A DNA stretch of 64,000 nt from Malacoraja senta (lineage: Eukaryota): NCBI GenBank assembly GCA_038087875.1, contig CM075989.1:25298001-25362000 (forward strand), read 5' to 3'. The position numbers were made by a program, and so were the translations under genes. Position 1 is the stretch's first letter. Each line of letters starts with the position of its first letter. This document shows positions 24,626 through 35,660 of this stretch, piece after piece. The notes below the pieces were generated by a model. That model had not been told where the DNA came from, searched no databases, and saw only the letters and a program-made list of their open reading frames with translations.

Positions 24626-27600
24626 CTAATTATAATATTGAACAAATCAAGACTTACCTATCGGATTTGAACATGAACAATATTATCCCAAGGTTGCAGA
24701 GTATTTGAATGGCATTTACTGCATAATCCCTGAGGTTATTCTTGGTAAAGTGAAGGGCAAAGTTCATCTCTACAAGTTTCATTTTCTGAAGTTAATTTGT
24801 AGTTTATATTTACCATTTTGCCTTTGCTTATTTGGTTCCGCGATACAAGACTTACATTTAAAGATGAACAAAATATAAATTTAAAGACAGATATCAACTA
24901 ATTTCCCCGATTGACTGAATATCGATTTCTTTAACATCCCCTCTCTCTCCGTCCCTCCCCCACCCGACTACTACCTGGTACTAGCTGCAAAGTCGTCTTG
25001 TTGGGTCTCATTGTGTGATAAGGAACTGCAGATGCTGAAGAGACACACAAAATGCTGGAGCAACTCAGCGGGACAGGCAGCATCTCTGGAGAGAAGGAAT
25101 GGGTGACGTTTCGGGTCGAGACCGTTCTAAAGGTTTCAGGTCGAGACCCTTAGAAGAAACGTCACCCACTCCTTCTCTCCAGAGACGCTGCCTGATCCAT
25201 GCTGTTCACCAGGGCGAATTCAGCACAGAGACTAACGGTAGTGGCGCAACGCTTCCGACTGCCCGGGACTCTTGCACTGAGGCTGCTCCATGGCCGGAGC
25301 TGCAGCGAGCGACTCGCCAGCCTGGCAAACACTTGCCAGCCCCGGCTTCCCATCTTCATCTGCCCCCGCCGCTGCTTCTGCTCCCGGCTCTTCAACACCC
25401 GCGGTCCATGCAGCTGATATGAGTTTTGAAATTCTCGTTGATCACAGAATTTCTCACGACAGAGCGTGAGAAATTTGTGATCAGCGTGAGAATTTGTCAA
25501 AATGCGTGAGTCTCACGCTCAAAGCGTGAGAGTTGGCAGCCCTGCAATACCTGACTGATGAATGCAAGCATGCCAGACCCCATCTATATTTCATGAGAAG
25601 AAAGATGGCATATGTTGCATTTTTCACTTGTAAATTTTGATCGAATTATAACCTGAAAATATACCCTATGATTTTTATACAAGAAGCTAATTATGCTAAC
25701 CATCTGCAGCTGAAGGCTCAGCTGCTTTACAGTTGGTTGGTGTAGTTACAAGTTACCCTGTATGGCAATATTCTGCAAACATATCAAAGTGAACGCAAAA
25801 ATATATACTACAGATAATAGAAATCGGATACAAAACAGGAAATCCTGGAAACACTCAGCAAGTTAAGCAAGTATCTGTGGGAAGCTAACATACTCATAAC
25901 AATCCTGGTCTCACTCCTCCACATAGTCCCTTTGTCCTTTCCATTTACCCCTTTATTTCGTCTTTACAGCAATTAAAACCAACTTGTTTATTTTCCTCTT
26001 TCCAAGTTCTAATGAAGGGTCTTTGACTTGAAACATAACTCACTCTTAACAGCAACCAAGAATCCATCAACAGTGTATTTAAACAGTGCGTACTGAACAT
26101 TTTAAACCATATTCAATTATTTATTCATATTTGTCCCTATGTCACCAGTCATATGTTCACAAACCATGAAATCATTTACCAATTGAGCCTATGCTAGTTC
26201 TTTAGTGTAAACCCAAATTAATCTTCTAATCCGATATCTCTCTTCAAATATGTATCCAATTTATCATGATTTCTGCAGCTAACACTCCCTATGGGCCACT
26301 ACGATAAAGCATTCTGTGACCTTATCTTTTTCAATGTGAACATATCACCACCAATTTACCACTATATTCTTCTTCGATCATCTTCAGCCTCTATTTTTAC
26401 AACAAAATGAAAGAAACAACTCTCAGTTTATCCTTTCAAAACATAATGTCATTCTGAAAACCACCAATCTGCTGGAGGGTGAATGTGGGTGGTTACAGTC
26501 TGCTGCACAGATACAGAAAGAAACACATCTACAGAAATAAACATAACTAGGATAGGAAGACTCAGATCTGCAGATTCCAACACATACTAATCCACACACA
26601 CACACATCCGAAGAAGGATCCCAACTCAAAATGCTGTCTATTCTTCCCTCCAGAAGCTACCCGAGCTGCTGAGTTACTCTGTCCGGGCTGCATTCTGATG
26701 CAGGCAGTGGAAGGTGAAGGGGACGGTCTGCAAACTTACATTCCACACCCTCAGAAAATACTGTCGTTCCGTGGTGGGCTCGGCAGGTGGGACAAGGCAA
26801 CCTCAGCATAGGGAAGTGGAGGGGCAGTTGCTGGCAGTGGCAGTCACAGGTTGTGGTGCTGGTGGAGGTGGCTGCAGGAGGCCCGAGAGCAGCCAGGCAA
26901 AGATCATACCTTTCAGAAACTTGGAAGGTGCATTAATTCCGGAAGAATTAATTTCTTACTCGCTGCAGCTTTACAGGCACATTAGATGCAACTGCAGTAA
27001 ATATATAATAAATTACCAGTTATTTTAAGTAAACCAGAAAATGATAGTGCAAAAAAACCCCAAAGTATATAGAGCAACCATAGTAGTGCAAAGTCGATAA
27101 TGGTTTGGTGCTGAGGTAGGGATGTGCAGGGCAGTTCGAGAACCTGATGATTGATTAGAAGCAATAAAGGTTCTCAGGCTTCCTGACAGTAAACACAAGA
27201 GGAGAGCATGACGAGAGTGACTGGGTCTTTGTTGACCCCGACAGTAAACACAAGAGGAGAGCATGACGAGTGACTGGGTTTTTGTTGACACTTGCTGTCT
27301 TGAGGCAGTGCTTCCTATAGATCTCTTTGACAGTGGGGTGCAGAGGGAGCATTGAGCTTGTCAGCATCAAGCTGGACAATGATATGTCGCTGTTACTTGA
27401 ACCTCTCCGTTTCACTGTACTAGCAGGAACTATGCTGACCGTACTACATGTATTGGGGTCGGGATCCCAGGGAGAAGATCTGCACGGATTTAGGCAAACA
27501 GATGCACACAAACAAACACAAAACCGACAGAAATACATTTCAGCCTGTCCCCACCCATGCTGCCTGGCCTGAGTGCATACACTATTTCAGCCTGTCCCAC

Positions 27601-28860
27601 TGATTACATACACTATTTCAGTCCGTCCCCACTCACGCTATCTGGCCTACTGAGTGTTCCAGCATGATACTGTTTCATTGCAGAAACGCACCCAGGTCAA
27701 TTTGTAAATATACACATGGATTCACACATTCTTACAAGCACACAAATCAAACAGAAACCTTCATTGCCACAGAAACACACTCAATAATGTACAGAAATAC
27801 ATACAGAAATTACTAGTGGCAAATTCAAACACATTCTTGGATCTTCAGAATCATGCATGCACAAAGATTAACACAAATATACGCATGTATTTCATGAATA
27901 TTCAAAGACACCCATGAGTGGAGTCTTTACCGGTGCATGCATATGTACATATAGATACGCACACGCACACACACGGGTTTACAGGGGAAAAAACCCATGT
28001 ACAAATTTCTACCGAAGCATGCAATAAATTCACAAAATTTACATAGATTTCAAGAAACACCATGTCACAGTTTACAGAAATGTTCAGGTAGATACAGAGA
28101 TATTGATATGGATCTGCAGAAAGGTAAAACATTCACCAATCTAAGGATATACAGAATCTACGAATACACTCAAAAGTACTGAAACTCCAATTTGTGAAAG
28201 CTAACTGACAGATTTGTGGAAACTGGACAGCTCTCTCCAAAAATACACACAAATCTACAAAAACTGGCACGCTCTGATCTTTATAAATCCTCACATATTA
28301 AACTGTTTGCACAAATCTGCAGACACACACAGAGAACCACTGAAGATTACATTCAGAATCGCACCTGCACACAAAAGTAGAGAAATACCGAAATATCCAG
28401 TCAATTCTTCACAAGTACTTACCCATTGAAGCCAACAACAGACATCTACAGAATCACAACTACTCAAATGTCCATGTCAAACCTTCCCCACACACCAGGA
28501 TTTGCAGAAATATGTATACACAAGGATTAAAAGAAACAGAAACTTACACACAAATGTACAAACAGTCTCCCTTGGGCCCATCATAAAATCTATAGAAACG
28601 CACCCACAAAAACTGACAGAATTGGATACACAAATATGCAGAATGATACTCAAACTGAGTAATAAAGAGGTACAACACAGGAACAGGCTCTACTGCCCAG
28701 CAAATCAGAGCCATCTATCATCCCCCTATCTACTCTGATCATACATTTGTCCACAAACATGTCAACAGTTTCCTTCAAATTTACAGAGTTACATCCTCAC
28801 AGAAATACTAAAACTAAAGAACAACATCCCCAAATCCCCAAAAAAACACTTTCACCAAAG

Positions 28861-29775
28861 TTAAGCAATAAGCCAGTTCGGTATTCCGAAAACAGCAAGG
28901 ATTCATGGGATTTGTCAAAGGTCTTTCACCATAAAGAAAAGCGAACGAAGCGTTGGCTGAAGAAACTGTATATAAATTCTTATGTTTATTCAAAATATCT
29001 TTAATCTGAGGAACAGGGGTGCCGTGTGGTCACATTATAGGAAAGTTAATGTATTCCAGACTGGAACACAACGATGATAGTTTCTGAGTCAAACTATTCT
29101 GCTAATACGAATGAGCAATGAAATTCTCGATTCCAGAAAGGCTCCCTTAAATGGTCAACTCCTCATCCCTCCCAAACGAACAGGGTAGCGGGAGAGGGGG
29201 GTGTAATAGCAAGAGAGAGGGGGCAGATGCGAGTGCGAGACAGGGGAGATCGCTCACACAGACCTGCGCCTCATCCGCAGGCAGGATCGAACCCGGGTCC
29301 CCGGCGCCGCGGGTGCTGTCGAAAGCCGAGCACCAGCCTTCAAAGGGGAAACACACAAAGCGCTGCAGCATGTTAGCTGCCTCTGTCTCACGCCGGCTGC
29401 AAGCCCGGCCCGACACCTCTGGCCACCCCCGGGCAGGGACGAGACACTCGGGAGGGGACGGGAACAGCCCAGCAGCAACTCAACAGCGCCCACAGCGCCA
29501 GAGCTCCGGGCCCGACCCCGACCACGGACGAGCACGATCTCGCTCATTCGCCAAAGCATAAAGCAATAAAAACGACAAAATAATCTTAGTTTTTAACAAA
29601 GGAACAATAAATACGTAGTTTGAAAGCAGTATTTTCTTACCTAGAAGAATCAAACCTGGAAAAAAAGGAAGAAATGAAGGTGTATATGTACACAGCTCCA
29701 CTGCTTTCCAGCAATGTTTATGCATAGTGACCTTTGACCCGGACATGCGCAGTCGGAATACCGAACTCGCTTATT
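28861..29775. mobile_element. About 0.9 kb element bounded by 23-bp inverted repeats
   Basis: aataagccagttcggtattccga (28867-28889) vs tcggaataccgaactcgcttatt (29753-29775), 22/23 complementary; CpG-rich interior. Confidence 0.6.
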
Positions 29776-30264
29776 CTAGAGACTATTTAACGAAAGCACA
29801 CATGCACAAATCATTGCGCAGAAATAATTCTATAGAAATATCCACATGGATTGAAAGAAATGTGCACACCAGACTACAGAAATCTACACAAAGCTGCAGA
29901 AACATGTGCAAGTGTTCATGGAATGATATTCACACATCTATAAATAGCTCTCTTATCTACAAAAAAAACGAATTGTCTACAAAAATACATGTATCTGCAC
30001 AAACTTCATTTTTACATAAGCATAAAGACATGCACAGGTAGATAGGACAATTAAAAAACAAACATATGCAGATATACGCACACAAATCAAGTTTTTTCGC
30101 AGATATCCATAGCCAACTGTAGAAAATATACTTAACATAACTACTAATTAAACATTTGGAATCTGAAACATAGTTAATGGTTTTAATCATCAGCTAAAAC
30201 AAAATAAATGTATTTATGTTGGTATCAAAACCAAAGATTTAATAAGATGTTTTAATGCCACTAC

Positions 30265-30330
30265 CCACGCCCATTTTCAGAGATCCTCACTGGCAATGCC
30301 ATTTACAGGGATAACATCATTCATAGCTGT
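30265..30330 (-). promoter_or_regulatory. SECIS element (form 2) in the SELENOS 3' UTR
   Basis: Sense AUGAU-GUUAUCCCUGU-AAA-UGGC(AUU)GCCA-GUGAGGAUCUC-UGAA: AUGA/GA quartet, 11-nt helix II with wobbles and mismatches, unpaired AAA and mini-stem; about 205 nt after the UGA; ATTAAA at 30251-30256 follows. Confidence 0.88.
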
Positions 30331-30484
30331 CAATTCATATAACGTTTCACATGAGTAAACACTGCTCTTTACATTAAAAAGTGAATGATAAAATTTATGT
30401 CTAACAGAAAATTGAAACTAGCTGTAACAGAATAAAATGATTGAAATTGACAAGCTAGGGAGCAGGGTAGACAGTGTCCAAAGA

Positions 30485-30515
30485 TGGCCAGTGGCTCTGG
30501 TAACGCCACTGACCA
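30485..30515 (-). promoter_or_regulatory. Proximal stem-loop 4 nt after the SELENOS stop codon
   Basis: Sense UGGUCAGUGGC-GUUACCAGA-GCCACUGGCCA: 11-bp stem (one G-U), 9-nt loop. Confidence 0.8.
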
Positions 30516-30519
30516 CACT

Positions 30520-30605
30520 CTAACCTCACGATCCAGAAGAAGGCCCTCTGTGACCTGGTCTCCACAAACACGAACCACTGCCATCACCCGTCAGGGGATT
30601 AAAAC
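30520..30605 (-). CDS. SELENOS: Selenoprotein S exon 6 with selenocysteine codon (TGA 30526-30528) and TAG stop
   Basis: [32 protein letters not shown]; penultimate Sec with a Cys 14 residues upstream, as in the SELENOS family; total CDS 525 nt. Confidence 0.96.
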
Positions 30606-30887
30606 CTGAAAGACCAACAGCAAAATACTGTAACATTTCAAAGAACATGCAGCAGTCAGAAAATCACACTTTGTGACATGGGGTACGGTAGCACATTGGG
30701 TACCTAAGTGGATGAGTACCAGAGGTTTTGTTAGTTTACAGATACCCTATACGGTCACAGGGAGAATGTACAACTCTGTGCAGACAGTCAAGTTCGAACC
30801 CGGGTCTCTGGTATTGTAAGGCAGCAACTCTACCGCTGCATCACCGTGCCACCCCACCCAAGGTCTGATACATCAATACAAGCTTAA

Positions 30888-31113
30888 AGGGCCTGTCCCA
30901 CTTTCACGACCTAATTCACGACCTTTTTTACTCGTGGACATTTTTCATCATGCTAGAAAAGCGCCCTGACCTACTTGATGCCATGAGTACCTACGACTAA
31001 CATCACGGCCTGCTACGACCTACCTACGACCTCCTACGACCAGGCTGCGAGTACGAGTCAAGGGCAAACTCAGCAGAGGTCGTGCATTAGGTTGTGAAAG
31101 TGGGACAGGCCCT
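30888..31113. mobile_element. PIF/Harbinger-type MITE in SELENOS intron 5
   Basis: About 35-bp TIRs agggcctgtcccactttcac.../...gtgaaagtgggacaggccct with TAA on both sides; internal (ctacgac) repeats. Related copy at about 23279-23434. Confidence 0.85.
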
Positions 31114-32958
31114 TAAATCACACCATGTTAGCAGGGCAAGTTAAATGCAAGAAATTAAATCAATCTGAAGTTAAAATAGTCTCATTAATGCTAACAATTA
31201 AATGATGGGATTGTTGTAAAAATGCACTGGACCACAAATGTCCTCCCTCACTCTATCTAGGATGTATGGAGCTTATGAACAAGGCGGCCAATTATCAAAT
31301 GATGTCTCAATTCAGAGATATTTAGAAATGATCAATGTGCCACCACTGGCACTGTCACATTCAGTGAAAGAATAAAAAAAACAAAGTCTTACACCACAGA
31401 TGTCTGTTTGTGAGGTGTGTGTGTGTCTCTTTACTGGAGTTCTGAGATTACATGTGAAGACAGGTATAATACAGGGAGACATCACCGCCATCCAAATGTC
31501 CCTCAGCTAGTGAATCTGTACTCCCTCAAGGTCAATGTATATGGAAGTATTATTGAGCGCAGCAGGGTGACTACATATACACAAGGTGGTGAACATTATC
31601 TGATACATCCACAGCAGGAGAACAGACCATGTTATCCACAGGAGGTGCAACCTCAAAAGGACCGACACCACCCAGCAATGCTCTCATTTCACTCCAACAT
31701 CGGGAAGGCATGGGAGTCGAAAACCGTGACCATCAGGTTAAAGAATAGTTTCTTCCCAACAACCATCAGCCTCTTCAACACTAACCGATGGACTATCTTT
31801 GGTTGCACAAAGGACTTGGGCATTTTCTTTATTAATTGATTGAAGTTGTGTCCATTATATATTATTTATATGTATTGTGTTACAGGCCTGTTATGCTGCA
31901 GCAAAAAATAATTGAATTGTTCCATTTTTGTGTACATATGGCAATTAAACACTAGACCAAACTCTGGACCGCAGGAGAATTGCTTCTGAAAAGAAGATAA
32001 ATTGAATCCCAAGGCTTGCAACCTGCACTAACTTCCAGAATTAGTGAAAGGCATCACACATGCAGATTCAAGAAAGTTCATGGAAGTTGGGAAGGAGGGG
32101 AGGTAAAAATGAGTGACCCCACAGGTGAGCTTCTGAGTATCAACTGATTCGGCTTTCCAAAGTACTACAGGGATTAAAGATTAACAAAATAAATAACTGG
32201 GTATTTTAACTGCAGAAATGTTGCTATTAAATGTGTACAAAAAAAAGTATAGAGAATAAAAATACAAGGCTTCTTGGATTAAAGTTAGTCATACAGCACA
32301 GAAAAGGGCCCTTCTGCCCATCTTACCCATGCCGACCAAGATGCCTCCGCTACACTAGGCCCATCTGGTCATGTTTGGCCCATATCCCTCGAAGCCTTCC
32401 CCATCCATGTACATTCAAAAGTCTTTTAAATGTTGATATAGTACCTGCCTCAATTACCTCCTCTGGCAGCTTGTTCCACATACCCACCACCCTATGTGAA
32501 AACGTTGCCTGTCAGTTTCCTCTCTCCCCTTAAACATCTGCCCCCTGGATCTTGATTCCCTAGTCTGGGCAAAAAAGTCCTTGCATTCTTTGTGCATCTG
32601 AGAAACTTAGAATTTAGAAGTTCTACTAAATGCACTATGATGTTGCTAGTACCTGTTAAACTACTGCAGGAGGCAGAGAAATTGTGCTTCAATCAGTCAT
32701 AGCATAATCAAGGTGACCCAGGTTATCAACTCAGGTCATAGATGAACTCCTAAGGTCCGTTGAAGTGATAATACTACTAATACTCTGGAGCTATTAATCA
32801 ACTCTGCCACAACCTAAGACGGATATCCTGGCAATATTTGTTCGAAACAGAGAACAAAATGCAGGTTTAAAGTATTCAATGTCCATGTAAACACGGTTGC
32901 TGTTCCCCTGAACACTTGACTCCACACCAGTGAGTACTTGGTGATTAGGAGCACTCAC

Positions 32959-33022
32959 CTCCTCTCAAGGGCTTCTTGTCAGATTTGGATTTTGTTGGTC
33001 TTGGTGTGTTGGATTCTGGCTC
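32959..33022 (-). CDS. SELENOS: Selenoprotein S exon 5
   Basis: EPESNTPRPTKSKSDKKPLRG(G); 64 nt; acceptor tttcag, donor GAG|GTGAGT. Confidence 0.94.
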
Positions 33023-33139
33023 CTGAAATCAAACAATGATAAAAACAACCAATTAGCCCTATCCCGTCTCAAAAACATGAACATTATACATTAACGATAT
33101 CTCAATTGTAAATAACTAAACATAACAAGATCATGTTAC

Positions 33140-33229
33140 AGGATCCGTGATTGTTTTCTTCCGGGTGCTCTTTCCTTGTTGCAAATTTTCCCAGGCTTGG
33201 ATTTTCTCCCTTCTTTTCTCTTCTTCAAT
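33140..33229 (-). CDS. SELENOS: Selenoprotein S exon 4
   Basis: IEEEKRREKIQAWENLQQGKSTRKKTITDP; 90 nt; acceptor aatgcag, donor CCT|GTAACA. Confidence 0.92.
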
Positions 33230-33834
33230 CTGCATTAAAGAAAACAACAAGGTCAAATAGCCACCGCCCCAGAGCCAAATCTGCAAAACCCCAGTGCACA
33301 GCTTGAACCAATGAGTCTTATTCAGTCTTCCAGTAACAAATTAGCCCAATGCTACACACATCCACTTGTTCATTTACCATTACTTGTTAGCTCTAAATCT
33401 TAGTTTTCTTCTTCAAAAAATCTACCACATCAGAATTATCCAAATTAAATTACATCTTCCATGTTCCTAACATCTCAGCATTCCACTAAACAAATCCCAT
33501 TCTCAGTTCTCCCTGCAGTTAGCTAACCTTCTGGGATGATACATTGTACAGACCAAGACGCCTCCACCGACTTCTGACTCTAAACTCACAGCCCTTCATA
33601 TTATTCCTTTTATACATGCTTGACTAAATGCCTTCCGAATCTATTCCCAGCCTTTGACAAAGTATATTTAAAATGACAATTTTTAAATCCTTGTTTTCCC
33701 CGGCTTACAATTCCCACGCCTGTGAAACACGTAATGCGTGCATTTTCAGGTCATGCTGCATGTACTGATGTTCAGATCTGTTTGCACGAGCTTTCATTTT
33801 ACCATCAGGACCAAATGATTTGATGCGTCCTTAC

Positions 33835-33941
33835 TTCTTTCTGTTTCTCTTTGTATTTTGCTGCTTGGGCATCCAGTTCTTGCTGCATGCGATGGCGAGC
33901 AGCATCCATTGCTTCCTGCCGCCTCACAATTAATGATGGTT
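33835..33941 (-). CDS. SELENOS: Selenoprotein S exon 3 (VCP/p97-interacting coiled coil)
   Basis: (E)PSLIVRRQEAMDAARHRMQQELDAQAAKYKEKQKE; 107 nt; AG and GTAAGG boundaries. Confidence 0.96.
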
Positions 33942-34329
33942 CTGGACACAAGAAGAATACATTAATACATTTAAAGAAGCTCCAACTTTGAGCAAAATAG
34001 ATTTTACCTTTGTGGGAAGAATCACCGTTATGCATAGGAATAGTTCATATCCGATATTATGAAATAATGATCAAATAATTCTTATGAATGCAGAACTAAG
34101 ACAAATCTTAATAAATTGACCAGAGAGAAGACTACATTTCTGTCCAAAGACAATGATTTACTGAGTTTTCTGCTACATCTAGAGGGTGGGTTGTCCACAA
34201 TGTGAAACTAACCAACTACCATCAAATCACAATTGAAGTCCAATGGCATTAAAGAGTCAGTCAGCATCTCAGGAGAAAAAGGATTGGGGGCGTTTCAGGT
34301 TGGGAGCCGTCTACAAACTATTTTTTTCC

Positions 34330-34665
34330 TGTCTGAAGAAGATCCGGACCCCCGACCACCCATTCTTGTTCACGTCACCCAGCACTCTGCGAAACGTTAC
34401 TCCAGCACTCTGCGAAACGTCACTTATCCATGTTCTCCGATGCTGCCTGACCCGCTGTATTACTCCAGCACTCTGCGAAACGTCACTTATCCATGTTCTC
34501 CACAGATGCTGCCTGACCCCTGTGTTACTCCAGCACTCTGTGAAACGTCACCTATCCATGTACTCCAGATGCTGCCTGACCCGCTGAGTTACTCCAGCAC
34601 TCTGTGAAACGTCACCTATCCATGTACTCCACAGATGCTGCCTGACCCGCTGAGTTACTCCAGCC
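34330..34665 (+). repeat. Tandem array (about 66-nt unit) of the Penelope-derived terminal sequence
   Basis: Repeated gaaacgtcacctatccatg...gatgctgcctgacccgctgagttactccagcactctgt. Confidence 0.85.
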
Positions 34666-34786
34666 GAAGATTCCTTGCATTTTGAAATTCAATTCTCACT
34701 TGTAGATTACAAAATATTAATTCAGTTTAGAATCTGGATAAAAGTAAAAAGTGCCCGTTAAAGTAAAATATTGTAAAATTCTGTAC

Positions 34787-34930
34787 CAAGTTCAGCCTCC
34801 GAGGCCTGTGGCTGCTGGCGGCTCTTCAATCGCATCATGGAACCAATTCTCTGAAGGACAAAGTAGCAAGCCACGCAGCTGAAGAAGATGTACCAGCCAT
34901 ATTCCGAAAGGATGTGGAGCAACTGTGTCA
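34787..34930 (-). CDS. SELENOS: Selenoprotein S exon 2 (transmembrane segment)
   Basis: Acceptor ttccctttcag; (V)TQLLHILSEYGWYIFFSCVACYFVLQRIG...EAEL; donor TTG|GTACAG; 144 nt, phase 1-1. Confidence 0.93.
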
Positions 34931-35049
34931 CTGAAAGGGAAACAGAAACAAATGCTGACATTTTACCCACACATGAATATTGTCGAGACAGCTAAAACAC
35001 CTCAGGTAGGTTGGCCTGATACAAGGAGTAGCTGGGGAACCAATTGGAG

Positions 35050-35660
35050 TTATGGAGTCCTAGAGTGATACAGTGTGGAAACTAGCCCTTCGGCTCAACT
35101 TGCACACACCGGCCAACATGTCCCAGCTACACTAGTCCCACTTGCCTGTGCTTGGCCCATATCCCTCTGAACCTGTCCTATCCATGTACCTTTCTAACTG
35201 TTTCTTAAATGTTGGGATAGTCCCAGCCTCAACTACCTTCTCTGGCAGCTTATTCCATACACTCACCACCCTTTGTGTGAAAAAGTTACCCCTCAGATTC
35301 TTATTAAATCTTTTCCTCTTCACCTTGAACCCAAGTCCTCTATTCCCCTACTGGGCGAGAGATTCTGTGCATCTATCCGATCTATTCATCTCATGATTTT
35401 ATACACCTCTATAAGATCACCCCTCATCCTCTTGCGCTTAAAGGAATAGAGACCCAGGCTACTCAACCTCTCCCTATAGCTCATACCCTCTAGTCCTGGC
35501 AAAATCCTCGTAAACATTCTCTGAACCCTTTCAAGCTTGACAATATCTTTCTATAACGGTGCCCAGAACTGAACACAATACTCTAAATGCGTTCTCACCA
35601 ACGTCTTATACAACTGCAACATGACCTTTCCAACTTCTATACTCAATACTCTGACTGATG
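35050..35660 (-). mobile_element. CR1 3' fragment
   Basis: RFNKNLRGNFFTQRVVSVWNKLPEKVVEAG and tail. Confidence 0.85.

Larger units (their letters stand above)
20086..25544. mobile_element. hAT-like TIR element, 5.46 kb, no transposase, many nested insertions
   Basis: TIRs CAGGGTTGCCAAC and GTTGGCAGCCCTG (12/13); imperfect duplication caaaacc/caatacc; flanking CR1 is split and resumes. Confidence 0.65.

Noticed and set aside
26945..26965. Minus-strand donor GA|GTAAGA
   Set aside because: Part of a Rex/L2-type 3' tail
27185..27289. About 55-bp tandem duplication
   Set aside because: Ordinary local duplication within a decayed Rex fragment
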